From Marsupella aquatica (taxonomy: Eukaryota > Plantae > Marchantiophyta), in assembly GCA_973895155.1 (NCBI GenBank), contig OZ316895.1, positions 9,660,184-9,724,183 on the forward strand: 64,000 nt of DNA. Direction: 5' to 3'. How positions within the stretch are numbered: the stretch's first letter is position 1; each line of letters opens with the position of its first letter. The notes beneath the pieces were generated by a model. It worked only from the letters and a program-made list of their open reading frames with translations. It was not told the origin of the DNA and searched no databases. This document shows positions 37,432 to 48,900 of this stretch, piece by piece. Made by a program: the position numbers and the translations under genes.

Positions 37432-40400
37432 TCACGACACCGGTGGTGGATCCTTAATGGACGCCCCCAACGCTTCCTCCTCAGCCACTGCCGTAGGTTC
37501 ATTCTCTGACAGATTACCTGCCCTTGACTGAGTCAACTCTCCATCGGCCTGACTGGGTCCACCATCGGCGTCGGCATCGGCTCGGGAACCGGTTACGGCC
37601 TCAGCCACGGCTTGGGTCTCCCCGGCCTGCTCAAGAGGCGGATCTGGGATATCGGCCTCATTACTGAGTAGTTCGGCTTGGGCCGCACCACCCCCACCTG
37701 TGATGATAGCGGGATCTATTGCCGTATTCATGCCGGAGGATGGTGCTGGTTCTACCTCCTTGGTCACCACGGCTTGTGGAGTCGGATTACTCCTTGACCC
37801 TGAAGGTTTCCGCTTCTTCTTCTTTTCTGGTTGGGCAGCTGGTCCCTTCCCCTTCCCACTTACTTCCGGCACTGGTGCAGGTGGCGCGGCTTTTTCTTCG
37901 GCCAGTACCACTCCTGGTAACTTGGTTGCCCCAATTGGAGTTGGGCCTGATGAAGACAAGCACTTAAATACTGCGGCTTGTTTCTTCAGCCGCTCCGTTT
38001 GGTTGTCGGCCCGCCGCTGGAGGTTCTCCATCTTCCTCGTGATTTCCTCCAACTCCTCCTGGGTCTCATCCAGGTCCTTGCGTGCCTCCTCTAGTTTCTT
38101 CTGGGCTTCCTCCCGTTCTTGTTTCAAGGTAGTCCTCTCCTCCTGGGTTGCTCTTAGCTCCTTGTCGAGCTCTGCAATGATGACAGACTCCATCTGGTTC
38201 ATCTTGGCGTAAGTCTGTTCGAGCATCTCGTCCTTCTCCCTTAGGTCGGCCTTGAAGCTGGCCGTCAGGGACGCAAGCTCCTGCTGCAGCGCCATAATCC
38301 CTTGATAGGATTTCCCTAACTCGGCCTCCTTCTGCTCAAGGGCTCCGCGGATTTTCTCGAGCTCCCCCTTCAACACCCATTCCTTTCTTTGGGTCTCCGC
38401 CATGGCCCGGCTGTTGGCTGTTATGTGGGCCTCCTCTGTATTCTTCAGCTCTTGCTTCCACTTCTCCCTCTCTTTGATCGTGTCGGCCAACTCTCCCTGC
38501 GTCTGAGTCAGTTTATCCTTGATATTCTGATTATCAGCCTGCGCGGTGTCCAACTGCCCCTGCATGATGTTCAGCTCATGTCGTTTAATCCGCAGTTCAT
38601 CTTGGGCTTTCTTGGCCGCCCTTAGATCTTCAATCTCGGCTTCCATCCTCCTAAGCCGCCGAATGACCTCGTCCTTCTTGCTTCTCTCTAAAGCCACCGC
38701 TTCTTCTAATTGGTGCTTCTCCAACTGCTCCCTATGGAAAAAGGGTCCTACTTCCAACTCCTCTCCAAAGATGCCGAGCGCAAGTTCCCCACACATCTCA
38801 CCATACTCCATGGCTCTATTCTTAGCGTAGGTGGAGTAAGTAGAAGTGATCGGCATCGCCCATCGCGGCCTCTGCTCCCAAGCCGTCCTGCGGATCTCTT
38901 CAATCGTGGCTAGAGGTTTGCTTCCTTTTTTGGCTAGCCGCCTGATGTCCTCCGGCCAATCTCCTCCTGGTAAATCCTTTTCCTTAGCCAGGGCGGCCTC
39001 CTCCTCCTGCTTGATTCGCTCCTGAAATTCCTGCACCGTCTGTTTTATGCCGTCGAAGCTCGGGGGAGCAACATCTGGTGGGGGAGACTCAGGGCTACTC
39101 TGCTGGTTGGGGTCCCCTCGCACTACCCTTGGAAGTGTGGGGACAAACCGGCCACAGGTCCTTACTCCTGGAACGTGATGGTCCGACCCATAGCCGGAAT
39201 TATCATGGTTGCAGTCCTCCACTGCCTCCTCTACCTCTTGGACGTCCGGCTTCTCCCTCTCTTCTTCGTCGGTAGGAGCTTGAGGCAATTCTTCCTCAGA
39301 TTCGGAGCTTGAGGTTCCCACGTACATTCGAACACCTGGCTTGGATTCCGGCCTGATTCTCTCCTTGTCTCCAGCAAAGGGGTTTTCTCTTGTGAGCCGG
39401 TGTAGGCCTACCTCTGTAGTAGTGTCCTGCATTGTTGTCGTTGCCGTTGTTGTTGCCGATGCCGATTTCTTTTCTTTCTCCAGTAGTTTCAGCAGACTCT
39501 GCATGCCTGGTTGCTGCATCGGCAAGTCTTCCTTCCTGGGCCTAAACACCTACTCGATCGTAGGACTAACAGGTGGTTGAGGCTTCTCAGCCAACGGCCT
39601 CGGCGTTGGAGCTTCCTCGGGTGCCCTTACCTGCAGGGGAAGTACCGGGGCAAAAGTCTGACCTCTGGCATACCGGCACAACAGCGGCATGTGATAGCCC
39701 AGCCGCGACACGCTCCCCATGCCGATTACCTGCTGCTCCTCCTTTAAGATCTTCCTCAATTGGTTGAGGAGGTACCCGTTGTAGTCCCGGCTTGGGTCTG
39801 GCCTTTCTGCCAGATAGACCTGTGCCTTGCCGATCTCTGCCCTCGGCAAGTTACAATGCATGGTCACCCGCAAGAAGTCGATCATCTCTCCTATGTGCGG
39901 GTTGGTGCAGGTGTTCCGGAAGAAGCCATTCTTCGTTGATGGCCCGGGGAACGACCGGAACTCCTTGTCAGGCAAGGTCTTCCTGGTATCAACTTTGGTC
40001 TTATTGCCTATCGGCAGGCCAAACACTTCGGCAATTACCTTGGGAGTAAGATAGAAATCCTTCCCATATATCCTCGTGCAATTGGTCTCGGGTTCCCATG
40101 ACCCCACGAATTCTAATAGGTCTGACTCCGGTACCTCCGGCTTCAGCCATGGTAATCTTACAAAGGCCTCCAAGCCGGATCCGGCCATGAAGCCTTGGTA
40201 CTTCTTGGTCTACATGGCCGTAAAGCATGCATCCTCCTCCCGTGCAAAATGTAGTTGCACCTCCACCGGTAGGGTTGCCGCCCAGCCCTTCCAGGTGTCA
40301 TCCCTGGTTGGAATGGCCTTGATGGGATCGACCTCCTCCTCTTCGGCTTCTCCCTGCCTCCTGTTCTGCTGCTCGGCTGGCTTCTTTGGTGCCGCCGACC

Positions 40401-41064
40401 TCATTCTTTTTGCCGGGGTGGCTTCATCGTTGACGGCTCCCTTCCTCTTCATCTCTGCTGCCGTGGAGGTTTCTCCTAGCACCGTTGCCTAGGTCCACCT
40501 TTCCGTGCTACCCTTTAATTCCCAGTGTATGTCGTTGCAGTTCTTGATGGCCTCTCGGATGTCGACGACGCTGTCTTTGCAAAACAGAAGATCGTCGAGT
40601 TGATTGGAAGTAGGCGTCCACAGGAACTCGTCCTTGATGAGTTCGCCTCCTAAGAAAGCCGTCTTCTGCAGCTCCCATAATCGAGCGAGCTCCTGCCGTT
40701 CTCGCGCTGCCCTTTCTGATTCCTCGTCCTCGTAAGTCTTGATGTACTCAGTTGCCCGTTCGAACAGGCATCCCCAGAAATGTGCCGCTTGATTGACGTT
40801 GCTCATACCCTCCTTAGGTCGATCGTCGGTATCTACTCTCTCCCCGAGTGCTTGCCTAAGCAGCTGACAGTAGTTGGCCTCCCGTAGTCGTCTGCCTAGT
40901 TCGTGCTCGCAAATGAGCCACCATCTCCTGCAAGCGCTCCTTACCCCTCTCCTCCGCCGGTCCTTCTTCCCGTTGATCCTTCCTAGCCGCCGACGCTTAA
41001 CGCGCCCTAACCCTAATCGGGTTTTCACCCTCAGCCTTACCTCCGGCCTCTGCCCGGGTTCCAT
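37432..41064 (-). pseudogene. ~1210-codon accessory ORF (plant-mobile-domain-like domain plus long coiled coil) between RNase H and integrase; three in-frame TAG stops
   Basis: ORFs 40489-41103, 40210-40482, 39550-40188 and 37432-39549 share one frame and are separated only by TAG codons. ATG at 41064 with an upstream TATAAA. Confidence 0.8.
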
Positions 41065-41136
41065 GGTTGCCCCTAATTGTTTATATTTTCCTTGTTTTGT
41101 CACTATACTAAGGTGTTCCTAGGGTGCCTTCCTGCT

Positions 41137-43736
41137 TTACCCACTTAACCGGCCGAGTGATTCCTGTCTAGGCATCACATGGAACAACTCCTCATCCGGA
41201 AAAATATCATCAATTGGCTGATCGACTGGTACGCCGTCCAGCCTTGAAAAGAAGTCGGCATTGAGGTGTGCCTTTCCGGGCCAAACCCAAACTTTGTAGT
41301 TGAATTCCTGGAGAAGTAGCACCCACCGGGCTATCCATCCCGTCACGTCCGCTTTGTTGACCATGTACTTCAGGCTATCATGATCCGTGTGGAATATGAC
41401 CTTGTAGCCTAGCAGATAGTGTCGGAACTTTTTACACGAGTAGATTATTCCCAGAGCTTCTCGATCAGTGGGGGAATAATTCTTTTCGGCTGTGAATAAT
41501 TGACGGCTAGCAAAGTAGATGGGGTGGTCGCGTCCGTCCTCATCAAGCTGACTGAGCACGGATCCAATACAGAATCCTGACACATCGACATACACGTGGA
41601 ACTCCTTATTCCAGTCCGGAGTGACCATGATAGGTGCGGTGGTGAGTATTTTATGGAGTTCTTCGAAAGCAATCCGTCTCTTGGGTGTCTCCTCGATCAC
41701 CGCATCCTTTTTCATCATTTCAGTCAAGGGCAACGCTATTTTAGCAAAGTCTTTAATGAACCGACGGTAATACCCTACACAGCCCAAGAAGGATCATACC
41801 GCTTTTTGATCTACGGGAAACACCACCGCCATCCAGGCCGTGACCTTCTCTTGATCCACCTCGATACCCCATTTGGACACACGATGCCCGAGTAACACTC
41901 CCTCCTCTACCCCGAAAAAGCATTTAGCGGGATGTAGTTTGAGGTTAACCTCTCGGCATCGTTGCAACGTACGTCTTAGGTGTTCGGGGTGCATGGCGAC
42001 AGTTCCAAAGATGGCAAAGTCGTCGATAAATATCTCCAGAAATTCCCGTAGGAAATCATGGAAGATATTCATCATGAGTCGCTAAAATATGGTTGGAGCG
42101 TTACACAGTCCGAACGGCATTCTCCGAAATGCAAAAGTCCCCCATTCCGTAGTGAACGTTGTTTTGAGCTGATCCGAGAGGCAAATCCAGATTTGGTTAT
42201 AACCCGAATACCCGTCAAGGAATGTATAAATTTCATTTCGGGCTACCATATCTAGAACCATATCCGTGAATGGTAACGGGTAATGGTATTTTCGGGTTGC
42301 GTCGTTCAGCTTACGATAGTCCTGACAAATCCGGATCTTAGGTTTTCCATCCGTTCCTCCCTTTTTTGGTACAATGACGATGGGAGAGACCCAGTCGCTG
42401 GCCATTACCGGGTAGATGATGTCTACGGCAAGGAGATGATCAATTTCCTCCTTCACTAAGATGGGTTACCTCAGGTTCATGCGATGTTGTCGCTGCCGTA
42501 CTGCATGGGCCCCCAGATTCAGATCGATCGTGTGTTCTCCTAACTCGGGGGAGACTCCTGTTAAATCGTGATGGCTCCATGCAAACACATCTTCATATTC
42601 CTTGAGCAGAGCTTGGATAGATTTTTCCGCCTCCCCCGTCAGAGCGTGGCCCAGGTTAAACGATTTATCCATCCCAATGGTGTACTTCTGGTAGTGCTCC
42701 TTCCTGATGACTTCAACCTGGTTCCGCAAGCTCGGGTCCAGGCTCGCATCAAGTTCAGCTAACCAAACTCCTCCGTACATGGGTGGAACCGGGATTGGTC
42801 TCAAGATTGGAGTTACTTCCTCCAACCGCGGGATGGACGGATCCCAGGAGACTCGTTTCTTATGTCTCGGTCTCGGGTTTTCGGCCTCGGGCGGTTGTTT
42901 GGCTGGTTCGTGGTCACGAGGCTCTGCTCTAGTAGAAGCAGCATCGGCTCTCTACTTAGCTGGAGCCGTGTCCTCCGTATCGATGAGTGTTTTTGCATTT
43001 CCTCATCCCGGGCAGTCGAGGTGCTCGGGGTGGGCTCAATAGCAGCCTTCGAGTAATTCAGGAGATGTGTTTCGTGGGTTGCCTCAACTCCGAAGACATC
43101 TTCCTCGGACAGGGACGAGATGAGTTCAATCATGTTGAGTTCCTCTTCCTCCGAGGTCTCCAAATCATATTCCTCGGGTCCCTGTGGGGTTTCGCCCTGA
43201 TAATTGTCCATTGCCCATGATACCCGTACTGTGGGTGTCCCGAACCATAGCTCCTTCTTTCCCCAATCCGTGACCACACGGCCACCGTACAGCCACGGCC
43301 TGCCTAGGAGGACTGGATAAGAGGAGGGCCGAACCGGCCTCATGACTAGGAAGTTGAGATAGAACTCCACCCCTCCTACCAGAGTGAGTACCCGTGTAAG
43401 CGTGCCCAATGGAAGTACCCTTGCCCTGTTTGCTAATCTGATAGCTCGGGCTATGGGTTGATACGTGAGGTATCCTAACTTGACCGACGTTTCTTCCGTC
43501 ATGATGTTGACTCCCGCTCCTCCGTCTACGAGAACCATCTTGATGGTACAATTATTAATTTCAATCGAGATGTCCGACGCTCCCAGGTCCTCACATATCA
43601 TGTTACAATCCGCGGTCCCAACTCGGGGTAGTCGTCTCCGTCGTCGACCCGTAAGCAACTCCCTCAGTTGCCGTATGTACTGTGGATTGTTTTGCAGCAG
43701 TTGTCCTACCGTTGCTGTAACCGGGCAACTCTTCAC
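41137..43736 (-). pseudogene. Pol: aspartic protease, reverse transcriptase and RNase H (no fused integrase)
   Basis: VLVDGGAGVNIM; WVSPIVIVPKK, DYRKLN, LDGYSGYNQI, MPFGLCNAP, FIDDF; VYVDVSG...EKNYS...EALG...TDHDSL...NADFFSRL. Ends at TAA 41137-41139; several stops and frameshifts. Confidence 0.95.
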
Positions 43737-43739
43737 ATC

Positions 43740-45816
43740 TTCCTTAATATCATAGTCCTCCTTCTTTTCTTCCTTCGGCTGCTGCTTGGCTTCCTCTTGT
43801 TTATCTTGCTTTTCTTGCTCCTGTCACCGGGCGGTCTCGGCTGCTTTGATGTCCTTATCGATTGCCTTCTGGTACTCCCGAGCTTCGTAGGCCTCCAGCT
43901 GTTTCTTTACCAATTCTTCGATGCGGGGGAAAAATAGCTTCGGGTCGTCCCGTCGGTAGTCATCGTCCTTCTCCGGGGGTATATCTATCGCTGGCTGCAC
44001 CGGGGTAGTATCTTGCTTTTTCCTGCGTTTCTCCTCCTGCTTCTCTTCCTTCCGTTTGACTCTGTTGACACACGATAGCACTCAGCCTCGTCAGATGGAT
44101 TAGGGTGTTCCGCCACGTCCACCAGATTCACCCACTCGGTGTTGTCATCTTGCCATTCCACCGCAATCATTTGGACGACCGCATCACTTATGGCCGGTCC
44201 ACCCTGGGCTGGTCTTGCTGCATTTGTTCGAGCGGCCATTACCAATGGACAGTTGGCCATGGAATGAGCTTCCGTTTTGCAGACTTGACAAAGTGGCGTG
44301 CCACGACCATCCCCTGGCGTCTTGATTCTGTGCATTCCCTCGCAAAATGGCCTGGCTTCTCACAGTTGTAACAAACCAGGGATTGCCAAATCCCTAGTTT
44401 AGGAGGAATGCTAGGGTTACTGATAACTTGGAAGCCTCGGCCATTGTTTGGGTAGGGGTATGCAGTTCTACCTGCTAAGTTACGCGGACCCATCGTTGAA
44501 ATCTGATACACCGAATCGGGAGGGTCTTCAAAGAAATACTCCGTGGACTCCGCTTCAGGTCCCGGGTTGTCGACATCATCTAAGTCCACCTGGTGAACTC
44601 GGTTCTTCCATCTTGGGCATTCTTGCACGACATGCCCGGATTGGAAGCACTTTGAACACCACGCATGGGCTCGAATCTCAGATGGTTTCTTCTTCTCCAC
44701 CGGCTTTTCCGCAAGATGTACTGATAGTGCTTTGAGGCGATCCGTGATTTCGTTAAGCTTGTTTGCTTCGGCAGCCTTTGGATCGGGTATCGTTCTGCGA
44801 GTACGAGATTTGATTTTCCCCTCCTTCTTAACCCGCCTTTTCTTCTTCTTGCTCCGGCTCTCACTCTCTGAATCACTTCCTAATGAGCTGGAGGTGGAGG
44901 ACCCGCTGTTCGAAGTTGAATCCGAACTAGATTCAGTCTCCGAACTGGACGAGGTCGAATGATGTTTCTTCTTCTTCTTGCGTTTCTTCTTCTTCTCGTC
45001 GTCTAATTTGGAGTCACTGTCATTGAAGGTCTCGTACTTGCCCTTCTTGCGGCGTGCCCGCTGGCTTCGCCGGGAGTTATAGGTGGACTCCCGGTAGGTT
45101 TCGGCGCACGCTATGGCTGCTTGCATTGAAATTGGATTATTCTGGCGCACCCAGAATTGCATATTCGTGGGCAAACCATGGAGGAACCATGTAAGCTGGA
45201 GTGCGTCACCAGGCCTGGGCCATATTTTGGCAGCAAGTCTCTGAAATTTCTGAATGAACTTTCACAGGGACTCCTTTTTTCCCATGCGAAGCTGGCCGAT
45301 CTTTAATAGAGAGCGCTGCTCGGATCCAATAGCACAAAATTCTTGTAGCAACGTAGCTTGGAATTGTGCCCATGTAGTCTTGGGTGGCAGCGAGTTGTAC
45401 CATGGACGAGCTTCTCCCCGCATCACTCCGGGAAGGACGGTTAACTTAATGGCGTCTTCCCCGTTAGCCTTAGCAGTGGCTTCAAACTCATCCAAACATT
45501 CATCCGGATCGTCCCCATGACGCCCTTTGAAAGGTTGATAATGAAACCATGATCGTTGCGATATTTGTGGAGGAGCTTGGGCAGCGCGGGCCATCGGTGG
45601 GGCGGCTGCCATAGGTGGTGGCGATGGTGGTGATGGTGGCACAGGAACCGCAGTAGGACCGGTCGAACCGGACCCTGAAGGTCCCGGTGGTATGTTCATT
45701 TGTCGGGGCGATTGCGAGTCCTTCGAGCCCAAAGAATCGGAGCTTGTTGTGGTTGCACCTTCTCGTTTGCTGGTTAATCTCCTCAAGTAAGCTGCTTGAG
45801 AACGAGTGACGGGCAT
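43740..45816 (-). pseudogene. Gag with three zinc knuckles
   Basis: FKGRHGDDPDECLDEFE...RGEARPWY...TWAQFQATLLQEF; knuckles CSKCFQSGHVVQEC, CYNCEKPGHFAREC and CQVCKTEAHSMANC; Lys/Ser-rich insert. Confidence 0.9.
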
Positions 45817-45908
45817 TTACTCGTGTAAATGCGATGGTTAGTACTGGGGCCTGGTGTATTCTGCCCAGGCAAATATGCACATGTCTCCCCTCTACGATAT
45901 GTAGAGTG

Positions 45909-45927
45909 CCCCCTCCATCTAGCGCCA
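45909..45927 (-). other. Candidate primer-binding site TGGCGCTAGATGGAGGGGG
   Basis: TGG-initiated tract 13 nt inside the 5' LTR end; cognate tRNA not determined. Confidence 0.6.
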
Positions 45928-45940
45928 AAAACAAAGGCTA

Positions 45941-48900
45941 TGTCACGTCATCAGCCTTGGCCTTAACTCGGGCTTCGGCTTTAAACGGGCACCTCCTTTG
46001 TAAATATGAGGGTTCGGGCAGGGAGGGAAGAGCGTCATGCACCTAATTCACGTAAACTAGCGCTAAGTGCGCCTACTGTTAGATACGGACATCTCCTAGG
46101 TATGGTTTGTGTTCCGCCGCCGGAACGTATCTTAGTCGATAACAGGATCGACCCCGGCTTAAGGACTTCTAAGCCTTTGTGTTGTCCGCCTTTGATCGGG
46201 ATTCTATGATACAGGTCCTCAACCCGTGCTCGCAACCACATACCCGCAAGCTGCACCCCGTGCACGACTTGGGTAGTGCGTTTGGCCCGGCGTTGTCACC
46301 TATACACGAGATTCACACAAACATACACGCGTACAAGCATACAATCTCGATTTACACGAAGGAAATAATGGGAAAGGATTTACCTACATAGGGGACATGT
46401 GCATACACTTGGTTGACCCGATAGCTCCGGAATGAATAGGTTCAAGGCCGAGAGAGCATACTACAACGGAGCCCAGCTCCGCACTCGCCCGGCGAGCTTA
46501 GTCCTACCCCCTCCCCTTGGTACTCTTTCACTCCCAGAGGTCGGGACTCCCCGCACATACCACGGATGTCCAACTCTGAGACTAAAAACCCCCCTGCCTC
46601 TACCGAGGGGTGCACTAAATACTAAGGGCCGGGGAACGGAGTGTCCTCCCGCCCGAAGATTTGCTGACTTAGGTCCTAACTAATTTGACTGTCAGGCCGA
46701 AAAACGGCTGTGTCTTATTAGAAGATCCTAATCTACGCAGGCTGGACAGCATGGCAGTGCTGCGGTAACTAAGGCAGGTGCCTGTCCCAATAGCCTGACT
46801 TAGCTACTCCTAACCCTATTCTATTCCTACTCTGCCACTAATGCCTGGCACGCTTGCCAAAGCCGCCCGAGTGGGAGCGGCCATCCCGCTGCTTACGAAG
46901 TCTGTCGTTTTCCGCCTTGAGGAGCTGGACCTGGTCCAGCAGAGATTCGTTCTCTCACTTCGCCGTGTCTGTCTCCTCCGCTGCCTCCTGGCATGCCTCC
47001 TCTAGCTGCTGGGCGTCGCTCGTCAGCTTGCCCGCCAGCTGGTCCTGCTTCTCGGCTTTGGTTTGGAGCCGTGCCACTTCGGCCTATAGCGTGGCTATCT
47101 CTGCAGTGTCCCGATGGGCCCGTTCTTTGGCCTCCTCCAGGTCCTTCTGCCAGATGATAGTTTGATTCTTCAGACTGTCAATCTGGTTCCGGAGTCGTGC
47201 AATCTCGGCCTCGTTCCTAGCTTTGGCCTGCTCGGCTAGGGCGGTAAGAGCGTGCGCCTTTGCTAACGAATCATCGGCAGCTGCAACTTTGGGTCGTAGT
47301 TGCAGATGCTCAGCCTCTTGACCTGCAGCTTCGTTCTTTAAGTATACGGACTCCACCCGGTACCGCTCTATCCTCTGAAGGGCCTCTGACTGGGCCCGAC
47401 CTGCCTTTACTGCGGCAACTAACTCCTGATTGAAGAAACAGGCTACCTTCCGGGCCATGAACTCCCCGGTATCCCGGGCAATTTGATGAGAGAAATCTCC
47501 CAGAAGCCCGTTCAGAAATGTACCCGGTACAAAGAGTTCCGGGTGGTCCAGGTTGTGCCTGTCCGAAGTTGGGCACGGGCAGACGTCAACACGCGCGGGG
47601 GCCGGGGCAGTGACATCCAGCCCTAGGGACGTAATGTTGGAAGGGGCTGGAGTGTCCTCCTGCAGCAAAGTCCGGTTCTCCGGAATAGCCACCGGTGGGT
47701 CTTTGGGAGACCCGGGCTCGAGTAAGACCTCCGCTGTATCGACTTTTGTACTTAGCCCGGCCTGTTGGATCGCATCTACGGTTGCGATAACCGACCCATC
47801 CAGTACCTCCTCGGTTACGACTACAGCTACTTGTGGGGGTGGGGTGGGTGAAGCTTGTGTGTCCGCTGGACTTCGGGCCTCGGGTTGGGGCCGTCTCTCC
47901 AAGGCCGGGAAAACCCAGCTTTGTAACGTTGACACGAGGAAGGGTTCGTCGATCAAACCGAGCATACCACTCAAGAATGATCTCGATGTGGCTAGCGAAG
48001 TACGCCTTCCCACCAATGTACAGCGTCTTCCTTCGCCGCTCCATCTCTTCATGGAATTTCTTAGCGAAGTACGACGCCCACTTCCTAGGTCGATAGTTCT
48101 CGACCTGGATAACCTGGGTGGCGGAGATCTCCCCACGGGGTTCCATCATGTGGAGGGCGTACCTTTGGAACTCCAGTCGCTCAGCTATCTCGGGGATGAG
48201 GCAGGTCCTCATCACAAACCCGTTGTCCATTGCTCCCTCTGAGGGAAAACTCAAGGATTGGTACTTGGCTCCCTTGCCCCCGGGAGCCCGTGATTCGACT
48301 CGATGGTCACCTTCGGGTAATCCAAAGATCATCTTGAGCCGTTCTTCCATGAGGGACATATTCCTTCCCCGCAGCCGAGTATGTTGACGTGCGTCATCAT
48401 AATTCTTGACGAATTCCGTCATGTCCTCCCTGTAGTACCTGCAAGTGTTCCAGGGGAGAGAGGCAAGGTGCTCGAATCCCTGAGTCTTCAGGCACACCGC
48501 ATGCTTGGGATGGAGGATGTTCTTATGCACGTTTTCCCCCATGTGGTGCATTGTCACCTTGGCCACGGCTACCGTGGCCAATGGTAACCCGGATACAGTG
48601 GTGGGTTCCTTCCTCTTCTTCCCCCGTGACTGGCTTGGGGAAGGTGACACCTCCCCATCCTCTCAATCGGGCATAGGTAGTGCTACTGCCGTTAGTATTG
48701 GTCCCGGGGTGGCCACGATCACCGTGTTGTCGGCTGGAGCCGCTCCTTGGGTCCGAGCATGGGGAGGGGACGATGTAGTGTCGGTCCCTTGAGTGTTTTC
48801 TCCTCTGGGCCGCCTGAGCAAGGGTGGGGTAGCCTCATCGTCGTCGCTAAGGTCCACAGCATTGATGACGGAGCGTACTTGTACGGCTGGCGGGGCGATC

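Noticed and set aside
37432-39549. env gene or myosin/SMC-like host gene
   Set aside because: No signal peptide or transmembrane segment; the coiled coil is generic and is the tail of the accessory ORF.
41137-41180. Simple splice joining RNase H to integrase
   Set aside because: The donor/acceptor pairs I tested (CAT|GTGATG, GG|GTAAAG against ACGTAG|, TTTAG|, TTGAG|) were mostly out of phase or hit a stop, and none had convincing splice context. Not excluded without RNA data.
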